Below are positions 1-9,245 of a stretch of DNA of 64,000 bases, piece by piece. The DNA is from Pseudomonadota bacterium (GTDB lineage: Bacteria > Desulfobacterota > Desulfobacteria > Desulfobacterales > JBDRRP01). A program made the position numbers and the translations under genes. Every line of letters begins with the position of its first letter. Position 1 is the first letter of the stretch. The stretch covers positions 75,046-139,045 of the forward strand of contig JBDRRP010000086.1 of NCBI GenBank assembly GCA_043825735.1, in the 5' to 3' direction. Under the pieces are notes generated by a model, which saw only the letters and a list, made by a program, of their open reading frames with translations, was not told where the DNA came from and made no database searches.

Positions 1-432
1 GGCGTACAGACAGATATGGGGCAGGTGCAGATCGTCCAGAGTGGTTCGGGGAAGGTCTTCCAGGCAGTCTTTCAGATCATAGGAGAAATACCCCATGAGC
101 CCGGCGGCGATGGGTGCCGGCAGCTCCGCACCGGTCATTCGATAGGTTTCCAGAATGCGGCCCAGAGTGTCGAAGGGGTCGGCCGTCAGGGAAAGGTGCC
201 GGCCGCGTATCGTGAGGTTCTGGCATTTTCTGCCTCCGCGCAGCGTCAACCATGGCCGCAGCCCCAAGATGTGGTGCCGGGCGCAGTCCAGATCCCCGCC
301 GCTCATGAGCACCACGGTGCCCGTCTCTCCGGTAAAATGCCCGGCGGCTTCAAGAAACGGATGCTCCAGTTCGAAGTCTTCACTGTCGATGCCGATCAAG
401 CGGCCGGTGATGGCGGTAAGTTCCGTTGCCAT
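1..432 (-). CDS. pabB: Aminodeoxychorismate synthase component I / anthranilate synthase component I family, N-terminal part (runs off the window edge)
   Basis: Not in the ORF track. Manual translation from the ATG at 432 gives MATELTAITG...TVVLMSGGDLDCARHHILG...AGLMGYFSYDLKDCLEDLPRT, containing the GYxSYDL motif of chorismate-utilising component I. Lies downstream of the amidotransferase gene. Confidence 0.75.
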   Translation of the reverse strand, partial: MATELTAITGRLIGIDSEDFELEHPFLEAAGHFTGETGTVVLMSGGDLDCARHHILGLRPWLTLRGGRKCQNLTIRGRHLSLTADPFDTLGRILETYRMTGAELPAPIAAGLMGYFSYDLKDCLEDLPRTTLDDLHLPHICLYA

Positions 433-450
433 TGGGCGACACCCATAAGG

Positions 451-586
451 TTGATGGTTCCGTAAAAAGACCGGATCTCTCGCAAAGCCGCAGAGATCGC
501 AAAGCTAAAGAAATTGATATTAATAATGCTTTTCTTAGCGCACTTGGCGTCTTTGCGAGAAAATTGCTTTTTTACGGATTCATCAA
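451..586. repeat. MITE-like element: terminal inverted repeats enclosing a TCTCGCAAAG...CTTTGCGAGA palindromic repeat
   Basis: TTGATGGTTCCGTAAAAAG (451-469) versus CTTTTTTACGGATTCATCAA (567-586); inner inverted arms at 478-487 and 551-560 around an AT-rich spacer. Confidence 0.65.
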
Positions 587-644
587 TGTTGATAAAGTCG
601 TAAAAGGCGATTCCAAACCCCGCGGTTCGATATCAACGCTTTCC

Positions 645-1301
645 TTAAGCGGCCTTTCCCATGACGAAGCGATGAGTGGCCAGCGGTTCGGCGGTGCGGC
701 GCCCACGGTCGACCCATGCCGCCAGGGGGCCGAGCCGGAGAAAATTGTCGATGAGATGAAAACCGTGTTCGGTCATGAAGCTTTCCGGGTGAAACTGCAC
801 CCCGTGCAGGGGGTAGTCCGGATGGGACAGGCCCATGACGACGCCGTCATCGCTGCGGGCTGTGACGGTGAGCGGGCTGCCGGCCGCAGTGGCCGCCGCC
901 AGAGAGTGGTAGCGGGCCGCCCGAAACGGTGACGGCAGGCCGGTGAAAAGGCCGCCCCCGTCATGGTGCACCTGACTGGTCTTTCCGTGCATGGGCAGGG
1001 GGGCGCGCACCGTTTTGCCGCCGAAGGCCTCGTTCAAGCTCTGCATGCCGAGGCAGACCCCGAGGATGGGCAGCGTCCGGTGGAACCGTGCGATGAGCGG
1101 GATGGAGATGCCGGCGTGCTGGGGGTCCCTGGGCCCTGGGCTCACCAGGAGGTAGTCGGCGGCGGCGGTGGCCACGGCCTCAAGACCGATCTTGTCCGCC
1201 CTATGCACTGAGATGTCCAGCGGATACTGCAGAAACATCTGAACCAGGTTGTAGGTGAAGGAATCGTAGTTGTCGATGACCAGCAGTCGCGGAGTGTCCA
1301 T
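645..1301 (-). CDS. pabA: Glutamine amidotransferase, PabA/TrpG family (component II)
   Basis: Motifs IDNYDSFTYNL, SPGP, GVCLGMQ (nucleophile Cys), MHGK, RYHSL and GVQFHPES. Confidence 0.9.
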   Translation of the reverse strand: MDTPRLLVIDNYDSFTYNLVQMFLQYPLDISVHRADKIGLEAVATAAADYLLVSPGPRDPQHAGISIPLIARFHRTLPILGVCLGMQSLNEAFGGKTVRAPLPMHGKTSQVHHDGGGLFTGLPSPFRAARYHSLAAATAAGSPLTVTARSDDGVVMGLSHPDYPLHGVQFHPESFMTEHGFHLIDNFLRLGPLAAWVDRGRRTAEPLATHRFVMGKAA

Positions 1302-1320
1302 GGTCTCGCCTTTAAAAATA

Positions 1321-1349
1321 GAAAAACCACCCAGTCGAGCCTGGGTGGT
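1321..1349 (-). terminator. Intrinsic-terminator-like hairpin about 20 nt upstream of the pabA start
   Basis: Minus strand reads ACCACCCAG-GCTCGA-CTGGGTGGT-TTTTC: 9-bp stem, 6-nt loop, U tract. Confidence 0.7.
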
Positions 1350-1542
1350 CTGAGACCTGTTGCATAACTCGTTTCAAGTGCCGGCGAATCGCAGGATGAA
1401 GGCCTCCGGCGCCGGAATGATGTTGCTGACAGCCATAGTCCAAAGATCGTCGGCGGTCAAGGCCGGAGGCCGTCATTAACCATCTGTCAGCGGGCGGGGT
1501 GTGGAAAAACTTGATCCAACGGTGTCGATGCTGTCGGGGTTT

Positions 1543-3741
1543 TCAAATGCGGCGGTCAAGCGCACGCCGCAGCGACTTTGCAAGATCCTCGCGGGATACG
1601 GGTTTGAAAAGGATGTCGGCGATGTTGCCCCGGAGACTTTTTTTGTTTTCGAGATGTTCGGAAAAACCCGTGCAGATGATAACGGGCAAATCTGGCCGGA
1701 TGGTCTCGACCTGCCTGGCCAGTTCAAGACCGGTCATTTGCGGCATTGTAAAATCGGTCACGACCACATCCCAGCGATTAGGGTTTGTCTGGATAGCCGC
1801 CAGTGCGTCCGATGCGCTGGCACGGGTCTCCACCCGATATCCGAGCTTGGCCAGAACCATCGTGAGCATCCGGGTGATCTGTTCCTCGTCGTCGACCACG
1901 AGCACGGTCTCAGTGCCGGTGGGTATTATTTCGGTGGCGCATTCTGATTCGGTGTCCTTGCGCCAGGTGTGAACAGGCAGCAGGAGGGTAAATGTCGCCC
2001 CCTTTCCCGGTTCGCTGGTGACTTGAATATGGCCGCCGTGTGCCGTTACGAGCCCGTGAACCACCGACAAACCAAGCCCGGTACCTTCGCCCTGTTCCTT
2101 GGTGGTGAAATAGGGGTCGAAAATGTGCTCGAGCACTTCCCTTGGCATTCCAGTGCCCGTATCGGATACTTCCAGACGGGCGTAGGCTCCCGGAGACGGG
2201 CAAGCGTCACCGGCCTGTTCGGTCAGCTCGACTTGAGACAGGGTCACCTGCAGGGTGCCGCCGGTTGCTTTCATGGCGTGACGGGCGTTTGTGCACAAAT
2301 TGATGACAATCTGGTGTATCTTAGTGGCGTCCCCGAGGATCGGGCCGCAGTGCTCGTCAATCTTACATTGGATGACAATGGTCGAGGGCAGTGACGCCCG
2401 GATGAGTGCCATCGCCTCCTGGATCACCCGGTGAAGGCGAATCGGCTTGTTTTCTTCCTTTTCCTGGCGGCTGAATGCCAGGATCTGTCTTACCAGGTTC
2501 TTGGCGCGGCTTCCCGCCTGCAGGATTTCTTGCAGATTGGCGCTTGCCTCCGAATGACCCTGAAGGTTTTCCAGTGTCATTTCTGCAAAACCGAGAATGG
2601 GAGTTAAAATGTTGTTGAAATCGTGTGCGATGCCGCCGGCCAGGGTCCCCAGGGCTTTCATCTTCTGGGCCTGCTGGAGTTGACTGGTCAGGGCCTCTTT
2701 TTCCGCCTCAAAACGCTGCCTTTCCAGGATTTCCGCCTCCAGGCGCTGGTTGGCGGCTTTCAACTCCTTTAGCACCGCGAGCTCATTTATTCGCAGCGCC
2801 TCTGATTCGAAATAGCGTTTCTCGGCCAGGCGGATCTGGTAGTCCAGTTCCCGGCGGTGCATCTGGCTCATGGGGAGCAGACGTTTGAATTGCGTGAACC
2901 ACCGGCGCCAGAACGGCGGTTCTTTCCAGGAGATCACCACCCGGCCATACGGGGCGTCGAAAATATCACCTTGCCTCAGCAGGGTCCGCCCGTCGATAAC
3001 GACATCCCGGGTCATCCGGACGGCGTTGGGCTGCCCTTGTGCGGCCTCGCAGGGGGTGAGCACCGAGTCCCCGTCGCGAGACTCCGATTCGAGGCAGATG
3101 CGTTTTGCAGCAGGCGTATTCGCTATCCAGATGGCGCCGTTTTCTTCCCGGTAAGTCAGCCCGTAGAGCTGCTCCACGATGTTCTTGAGCCTGGCGTGGT
3201 CGTAAAGGATCCGCGTGTCGGCAGGCCGTCCGCCGTTTGCTGCCGGCAGCGATGACAACACGCCGGTGGTCCATTGAAGATAAATGCCCGCCCCCGCAGC
3301 CACCACCGAGGGGGCGATTTCTGAAATCATGTCCACATGTCCTTTGGACATTTCCCATATTTTCAACCGCCCGTAATTGTTGATGCGCATGATATAGCTG
3401 CCGGCCATGGAATAGAGCTGACTTGGGCCCACCAGCCATATGAGGGTGCGCATGATGCCCGAAACGCTGGCGGCGTGAAGCCGCTGGGCGACGTCGTGCC
3501 AATCATAGATTGTGAGGTGAGGGTGCAGGCGATGACAGTTGGCGAACAGCCGGTAAAAATCAGCCAAGGGGAGGTAGCTGTCAGGATCAGCTATAATGCG
3601 CTCGGCATCTGCGATGCCCTCAAGCAGCGCGCCGACCGGAGCCCCAAGTGATTTAAAATATTCGACGATATGGACAGCGTTCAACGATCTTACCCGGTAT
3701 TGGTCGATGCTGGTATTGTCCCATGTGATTTCCCGATCCAT
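1543..3741 (-). CDS. Soluble hybrid histidine kinase (unrecognised N-terminal sensor, HisKA, HATPase, C-terminal REC)
   Basis: H-box GGIAHDFNNIL, N-box NLCTNA, DTGTGM, FTTK, GTGLGL; REC motifs VVDDE, TDFTMP, KP. Start uncertain (3741 MDREIT or 3822). Confidence 0.9.
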   Translation of the reverse strand: MDREITWDNTSIDQYRVRSLNAVHIVEYFKSLGAPVGALLEGIADAERIIADPDSYLPLADFYRLFANCHRLHPHLTIYDWHDVAQRLHAASVSGIMRTLIWLVGPSQLYSMAGSYIMRINNYGRLKIWEMSKGHVDMISEIAPSVVAAGAGIYLQWTTGVLSSLPAANGGRPADTRILYDHARLKNIVEQLYGLTYREENGAIWIANTPAAKRICLESESRDGDSVLTPCEAAQGQPNAVRMTRDVVIDGRTLLRQGDIFDAPYGRVVISWKEPPFWRRWFTQFKRLLPMSQMHRRELDYQIRLAEKRYFESEALRINELAVLKELKAANQRLEAEILERQRFEAEKEALTSQLQQAQKMKALGTLAGGIAHDFNNILTPILGFAEMTLENLQGHSEASANLQEILQAGSRAKNLVRQILAFSRQEKEENKPIRLHRVIQEAMALIRASLPSTIVIQCKIDEHCGPILGDATKIHQIVINLCTNARHAMKATGGTLQVTLSQVELTEQAGDACPSPGAYARLEVSDTGTGMPREVLEHIFDPYFTTKEQGEGTGLGLSVVHGLVTAHGGHIQVTSEPGKGATFTLLLPVHTWRKDTESECATEIIPTGTETVLVVDDEEQITRMLTMVLAKLGYRVETRASASDALAAIQTNPNRWDVVVTDFTMPQMTGLELARQVETIRPDLPVIICTGFSEHLENKKSLRGNIADILFKPVSREDLAKSLRRALDRRI

Positions 3742-4168
3742 CGAATTTGATGCCTCGTTGAATTTTATGGCGAAAAATGTTTTTTGTTTCTGTACATTAG
3801 CCGCGGAAGGCATTGAGAACAAGCCGTTTCAATGGCTCCCGTTATTAGTTGCCAACAATGCCGATGGTCGGGCGGCCACCTGCAACCTTATCGGTAATTT
3901 ATTACATTGCTTTAATGCGCTTGAGCGGTTCTGTTTCGGGACGAGGCCCGGTCAATGGTGGATGGCCTTAAATGCAAGTGCGTGTATTAGGTCAAAAACT
4001 GCTCTACGGTGGATTCCCGGAGCGGTTTGTAAGGGAGCTGCTGACCAACAGCGGCGGCTGGGGCTCGTTCTCGGGGTCACCGCCATCATGCGCGGGCGCT
4101 TCGAAGACCTGCGCTACAAACTTGCCGGGCACTTCGAACAGGTTGCCTCCCTGAAAGCAAGTTTTTTG

Positions 4169-4216
4169 TTGACAGACCGGTTGTCGTTGTTAGAATGTTG
4201 ACCGGTCGGCCAGTTA
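4169..4216 (+). promoter_or_regulatory. Sigma70-type promoter of the tetR gene with a downstream TetR-type operator
   Basis: TTGACA (4169-4174), 16-bp spacer, TAGAAT (4191-4196); then TTGACCGGTCGGCCAGTTA (4198-4216), nearly identical to the site at 4891. Confidence 0.65.
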
Positions 4217-4247
4217 ATAGCCTTGCCGACGATGGAGGAAAACCTGA

Positions 4248-4859
4248 ATGGTTCACAAACGAGATCCCGAAGCCACCCGTCATGCCCTGCTTGAAGCCGC
4301 TGAAGCGGTGTTTCTTGAAAAAGGATTCGGCAACACCGCCCTGAGCGAAATCGCCCGGCGGGCCGGCATCACAAAAAGCCTGATTCATCATCATTTTGGA
4401 TCCAAGGAGCTTCTGTGGAAGGCGGTCAAGGAGCGGCGGATCGATGCCTACGCAGAGGATCAGATGGCCATGCTGGAAACCACGGAACCCACCGACGATC
4501 TGCTTAAAAGTTCCATCAAGCTCTATTTCCGGTTTTTGAAGAGCAATCCCGAGATCGTTCGCATTCTGGCCTGGATGTTCATCGAACGAGACACCGAGAG
4601 CTGCCCCCTCAAGCACGACGCGCTCATTACTGCGGGGGTCCAGCAGATCCGCGCCGGCCAGGAAGCCGGCATTCTTCGCAGCGACATCGATCCCCGTTTC
4701 ATGCTGTTTACCTTTTTAGGGCTGGCCCAGCACTGGTTCCAGGACAGGGAGCACTTTATCAGCGACTTTGGCATCGACGGGCTTTCCGATGATATCGACG
4801 AGGCATACCTGGCCGACATGCTGAAAATTTTTCTTGGCGGGGTGCTGGCTGCCGGATAG
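4248..4859 (+). CDS. TetR/AcrR family transcriptional regulator
   Basis: N-terminal HTH (LLEAAEAVFLEKGF...SEIARRAGITKSLIHHHFGSKELL); GGAGG RBS; precedes efflux genes. Confidence 0.92.
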   Translation: MVHKRDPEATRHALLEAAEAVFLEKGFGNTALSEIARRAGITKSLIHHHFGSKELLWKAVKERRIDAYAEDQMAMLETTEPTDDLLKSSIKLYFRFLKSNPEIVRILAWMFIERDTESCPLKHDALITAGVQQIRAGQEAGILRSDIDPRFMLFTFLGLAQHWFQDREHFISDFGIDGLSDDIDEAYLADMLKIFLGGVLAAG

Positions 4860-4890
4860 GCGGCGCGGGCAAATTTTTTTGGGGGAATAG

Positions 4891-4909
4891 TTGACTGGCC
4901 GGCCAGTTA
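4891..4909 (+). promoter_or_regulatory. Palindromic operator, probable TetR site upstream of the efflux genes
   Basis: TTGACTGGCCGGCCAGTTA with the perfect palindrome ACTGGCCGGCCAGT (4894-4907). Confidence 0.6.
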
Positions 4910-4942
4910 GTATTTTGCGCCGGCGCTCAAGGAGATAAGGAA

Positions 4943-6028
4943 ATGAAAGCAGGCAGAATCATTTCGACGCTGGTGGGGCTGCTTTTTCTGGGTTCGGCAC
5001 TGGCCTTCGGGTTCTGGCCGGACAACCGGAAGGCGGTGTCCGCACCGTCAGCTGACACAGTGGTGCGGGTTGCGAATGTCAAAGAATCGGTGATCGACCG
5101 TAAGGTCACACTGTCCGGCATTACGCGGGCCGCCCGGCGGGCGGTGCTCGCCTTTTCCCTGCCGGCGCGCATGGTCCAGCGACCCGTGGACGTGGGTGAG
5201 CACGTGGCCGCCGGAGATCTGCTCGCAGTGCTCGATGTGCGCCAGTTCGACAACGCCGTGGCCGCAGCCCGCGCTCAAAAGACCGAAATCGCGGTGCAAC
5301 TGGCGCAGGCAGAGCGGGACCGCAACCGTTTTGCCATCCTGAAAAAAGACAACGTGGTGCCGGTCAAGGATTACGAGCGCGTGGCGGCAACGGCCGACGG
5401 GCTCGCAGCGGGCCTGCAGGCGGCCGAGGCCGGATTGCAGGAGGCCCTTCGCGCGCGCGCTGAAGCCGAGCTGCGCGCGCCGTTTGCCGGTACCATAACG
5501 GCCGTTCACCGGGAGCCGGGAGAATGGGCGGTGCCGGGCCAGCCCGTTGTCGAGATATCCGGTGACGGTGCCGTGGAGCTGGAAGTGGGCGTTCCCGAAA
5601 CGATCATCTGGCAACTGGCGGAGGGGCAACCCGTTGACGTGATCCTGCCTTTTGCCGAGGGACGGCACCTTGCCGGCAGGATAGATGCCGTGGCCCGAGC
5701 GGCACTCTCTTCGGGTCATCTGTTTCCCATGGTGGTCTCAGTTGACGAGCCTTCGGCGGTCATCCCCGGCATGACCGCCGAGGTGATCCTCACCGTTTCC
5801 ACAAAGCCCAGGCTGCTGGTGCCTGTCGATGCGGTGGTCAACCCGGGGGCCAGCAGGCCCAGCGTTTTTGTGGTCACCGATGGCAGGGCGCGCGAAGTGA
5901 CCGTGGCGCTGGGCGTGTTTGCCGGTGACGATGTCTCAGTGACCGGCGATCTGGTTGCCGGAGACCGGGTCGTGGTGGCCGGTCAGACCCTGCTTGCCGA
6001 CGGTAAACCGGTGGTGGTGAAACAATGA
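4943..6028 (+). CDS. RND efflux periplasmic adaptor (membrane fusion protein)
   Basis: N-terminal TM segment, lipoyl half-motifs (VDVGEHVAAGDLLAVLD; LRAPFAGTI), helical hairpin, PGMTAEV; overlaps the RND gene (ATGA). Confidence 0.92.
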   Translation: MKAGRIISTLVGLLFLGSALAFGFWPDNRKAVSAPSADTVVRVANVKESVIDRKVTLSGITRAARRAVLAFSLPARMVQRPVDVGEHVAAGDLLAVLDVRQFDNAVAAARAQKTEIAVQLAQAERDRNRFAILKKDNVVPVKDYERVAATADGLAAGLQAAEAGLQEALRARAEAELRAPFAGTITAVHREPGEWAVPGQPVVEISGDGAVELEVGVPETIIWQLAEGQPVDVILPFAEGRHLAGRIDAVARAALSSGHLFPMVVSVDEPSAVIPGMTAEVILTVSTKPRLLVPVDAVVNPGASRPSVFVVTDGRAREVTVALGVFAGDDVSVTGDLVAGDRVVVAGQTLLADGKPVVVKQ

Positions 6029-9000
6029 AACTATTCGCAGCGTTGCTGGACCGCCATCGGCTGATTCTCACCGTTGCCGCCATGCTGGCCCTGACCGGGC
6101 TGGCGCTGTGGTTGAGCATGGTGCGCCAGGAAGACCCCCGGCTGCCCGACTACTGGGGCCTGGTCATCGCCCCGTTTCCCGGCGCCGATGCGACCACCGT
6201 GGAGCGGCTTGTTCTGCAACCCATCGAGGACGCCCTGGTGGAAGTGGACGCGGTCAAGCAGATCGAGGCCACGGCGTTTGACGAAATGGCCGTGATGACC
6301 GTCGAACTCAGGGGCGACACGAAAAATTTCACCAAAGCCTGGGATGATGTGCGTGAAGCGCTGGCGCGGGCCCGGACGGAGTTTCCCTCCGGGGCCGGGG
6401 AGCCGATGCTGGATGAAAATCAGCAGGACCAGGATTCGGTGGTGCTGGCGGTGACGGGCAGCAGCGACCGCCTGCGCCTGCTGTACGGCGCGCGCCGGAT
6501 GAAAGATGCCCTGCTCAGAATTCCCGCCGTATCGAAAGTGCACCTCGTTGCCGATCCCGGCGAACAGGTAACCATCAAGTTGGACGATGCTGCGGCGCGG
6601 CGGGTGGGACTCAGCCCCGCGGCGCTGGCCGCGCAGTTGGCGGCGAGAAACCGGATCATTCCCGGCGGGTCCATCGAATTGGGGGGAAAAGCCGTCCGCC
6701 TGCGGCCGCTTTCCGAGTTTGCCGCCGTGGATGAAATCGCCAATACGCCCATCGCCCTGGCCGGCGGAAAGTCAATGGCCCTGGATGAAGTGGCCGATGT
6801 ACGCATCGGCTCGGTGGAGCCCATCGCCGCCCGCATGCGCGTCAACGGAGACATCAGCGTCGGGCTGGCCGTTGTTCCGAAAAAGGCGGTGAATCTGGTG
6901 GATTTCGGCGCCTCGGTGCGCCAAGTGCTGGCCGATGCAGCGCCGTCGGTATCCCCCCTTAAGGTCGATATCGTGACATTCCAGCCGAGCCGGACTGCGG
7001 CTCGGATAGACGATTTGAGCCGGTCCCTGGCCACCGGCATGTTGGTCGTGGCGGGCGTGCTGGTGACGACCATGGGGTTGCGTCTGGGGCTTCTGGTGGC
7101 GGCGGTGGTGCCACTGGTGACACTCTCGTCGCTGGCCATCTTTGCCTGGGGCGGCGGCGTGCTTCACCAGATTTCCATTGCCGCTTTCGTGCTGGCACTG
7201 GGCATGCTGGTGGACAATGCCATCGTCGTGGCCGAAAACATCCAGTGGCGACTGGATCGAGGAGAAGCGGCCCGTCCTGCGGCGGTTGGCGCCATTACCG
7301 AGCTGGCGATTCCGCTGGCCGGCGCCACGGCTACAACACTGGCCGCTTTCGTCCCCATGCTCATCTCCCAGGGCCCCACAGCCGCTTTCACCCGCAGCAT
7401 TCCGGTGATCATGATGCTGACCCTGACGGTCAGCTACGGGTTCGCCATGCTGGTAACGCCGGTATTGGCCCGAATGTCTCTGAAAGGCAGACCACCGGCC
7501 AGCGGCGCGAGCGTTGAGCGGCTGGGCGCCTGGCTGGCCCGGGTGGCACTCAATCATTCGACGCTTGTCGCCGTGGCGGCCGTGGCACTGGTCCTCGGTT
7601 CCGTCGCCGCGGCCGGAAGGGTGGACAAGCAGTTCTTTCCCGCGGCGGACCGCAACCAGCTGGTGGTGGATATCAAGCTTGCCGAAGGGGCTCACCTGGA
7701 TGCGACGGACCATGCGGCCCGTATTCTGGAAGAAGCGCTTCTGGCTCGGGAGGATGTGACCCGGGTCGCCAGCTTCATGGGGCGCAGCGCACCGAAGTTT
7801 TACTACAATATCCACCGCGTGCCCTACAGTCCTCACTTTGCTCAGCTCATTGTGGAAACCCGCCAAACCGCCGACATCGACCCTGTGGTGCGCGCTGTGG
7901 GAGAGCTGGCCCGGGAGCGCTTGCCAGGGGTGGAAGTGGTGCCGAGAAAGCTGGAGCAGGGGCCGCCGGTCCAGGCGCCGGTGGAAGTGCGTCTTTTTGG
8001 CGACCGGTTCGAAGACCTGCACGCGGCGGCCGTCAGCGTGTCCGAGGCCCTGGCGCAGATTCCCGGCACTCGCGACGTGCGCCAGGATCTGGGACCGGGA
8101 GTGCCCACTATACGGTTTGCGATGGATGATGCCGCCGCAGCCCGCTATGGCCTGTCGCGGGCGGATGTCGCCAGGACCCTGTATGGCCGGACCCGGGGGC
8201 TGCCCGTGGGTGAGCTTTACATCGGCGAGGATCCGGTCCCGGTCGTGGTGCGCTCCTCGGCCGGCGAGCGGTTAGAGGCTGCATCGCTGGAGACCATCGA
8301 TGTCCAGACCCCAGACGGACGGCTCATTCCGCTCTCTCAGGTCGCGCGGCTGATATCGGCCTGGAGCCCGGCCGCCATCAAACACCGCGACGGCCGCCGG
8401 GTGGTCACCGTGTCCAGTCAGCTCTCGGGCGGGATCCCTTTCAACCAGGTACTGGCCGCGCTTGAACCGAAGCTGAAAGCGATCGATATCCCTAAAGGCA
8501 TTGTGGTCGCATTCGGCGGTGAGGCCGAGGGCTCCGGCGAAGCCAACACCGCTCTCATGACGAGCCTGCCCATCGGTATGTTGCTGCTCGTGGGCGTTCT
8601 GCTGGCGGAGTTCAACTCGTTTAAGCTGGTGGCTCTGGTGCTCATGACCGTGCCTCTGAGTGCGGCCGGCGTCGTGCCGGGGCTTCTCATCGGTAATCAG
8701 CCCTTCGGGTTCATGTCCCTTTTAGGGGTGTTTGCCCTGATCGGCATCGTGGTCAACAACGCCATCGTTCTTTTGGAAGTCATCGAGGAACGCCGCCGCC
8801 AGGGCGCCGCCCTGGAAGAAGCGGTCACCGATGCGGTCAGCCGCCGCATCCGGCCCATTCTCCTGACCACCGGCACCACGGTGGCCGGTCTGTTGCCCCT
8901 GGCGTTTTCTTCATCGACCCTGTGGCCGCCGCTGGCCTCGGCCATGATCTCGGGGCTTTTGGCCTCGACGATGCTCACCCTGGTGGTGCTGCCGGCGGCC

Positions 9001-9111
9001 TACCGGATCGTCTTCGGTAGAAAAACGTCGGACGCTCCAGCTACCGAAACGAGCGGCCGGGCCCTGATATCCTCGGCGATACCCCCCCAAAACAGCCCTG
9101 ACCGTAGCTGA
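6025..9111 (+). CDS. RND efflux permease, AcrB/AcrD/AcrF family
   Basis: 1028 aa; GMLVDNAIVVAEN, GIVVNNAIVL and RIRPILLTT motifs. Confidence 0.93.
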   Translation: MKLFAALLDRHRLILTVAAMLALTGLALWLSMVRQEDPRLPDYWGLVIAPFPGADATTVERLVLQPIEDALVEVDAVKQIEATAFDEMAVMTVELRGDTKNFTKAWDDVREALARARTEFPSGAGEPMLDENQQDQDSVVLAVTGSSDRLRLLYGARRMKDALLRIPAVSKVHLVADPGEQVTIKLDDAAARRVGLSPAALAAQLAARNRIIPGGSIELGGKAVRLRPLSEFAAVDEIANTPIALAGGKSMALDEVADVRIGSVEPIAARMRVNGDISVGLAVVPKKAVNLVDFGASVRQVLADAAPSVSPLKVDIVTFQPSRTAARIDDLSRSLATGMLVVAGVLVTTMGLRLGLLVAAVVPLVTLSSLAIFAWGGGVLHQISIAAFVLALGMLVDNAIVVAENIQWRLDRGEAARPAAVGAITELAIPLAGATATTLAAFVPMLISQGPTAAFTRSIPVIMMLTLTVSYGFAMLVTPVLARMSLKGRPPASGASVERLGAWLARVALNHSTLVAVAAVALVLGSVAAAGRVDKQFFPAADRNQLVVDIKLAEGAHLDATDHAARILEEALLAREDVTRVASFMGRSAPKFYYNIHRVPYSPHFAQLIVETRQTADIDPVVRAVGELARERLPGVEVVPRKLEQGPPVQAPVEVRLFGDRFEDLHAAAVSVSEALAQIPGTRDVRQDLGPGVPTIRFAMDDAAAARYGLSRADVARTLYGRTRGLPVGELYIGEDPVPVVVRSSAGERLEAASLETIDVQTPDGRLIPLSQVARLISAWSPAAIKHRDGRRVVTVSSQLSGGIPFNQVLAALEPKLKAIDIPKGIVVAFGGEAEGSGEANTALMTSLPIGMLLLVGVLLAEFNSFKLVALVLMTVPLSAAGVVPGLLIGNQPFGFMSLLGVFALIGIVVNNAIVLLEVIEERRRQGAALEEAVTDAVSRRIRPILLTTGTTVAGLLPLAFSSSTLWPPLASAMISGLLASTMLTLVVLPAAYRIVFGRKTSDAPATETSGRALISSAIPPQNSPDRS

Positions 9112-9245
9112 GTGAGGTGATTCCCTATATTGACAGGGCGCTATAAATTTTGGATAGTGAATCGATCCAACGAGACGCCCATATCTTGTGGCGCCGGAAA
9201 TCATCGGACACAATTCAAGTAAAAATCAAATTTACTGTGAATGTT

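Noticed and set aside
1374..1436. Leader peptide MAVSNIIPAPEAFILRFAGT as a Trp attenuator
   Set aside because: No Trp codons or other regulatory codon run, no clear RBS, and it overlaps the predicted -10 box.
3972..4154. Small ORF or gene relic between the kinase and tetR
   Set aside because: No RBS or recognisable motif; cannot be supported from sequence alone.
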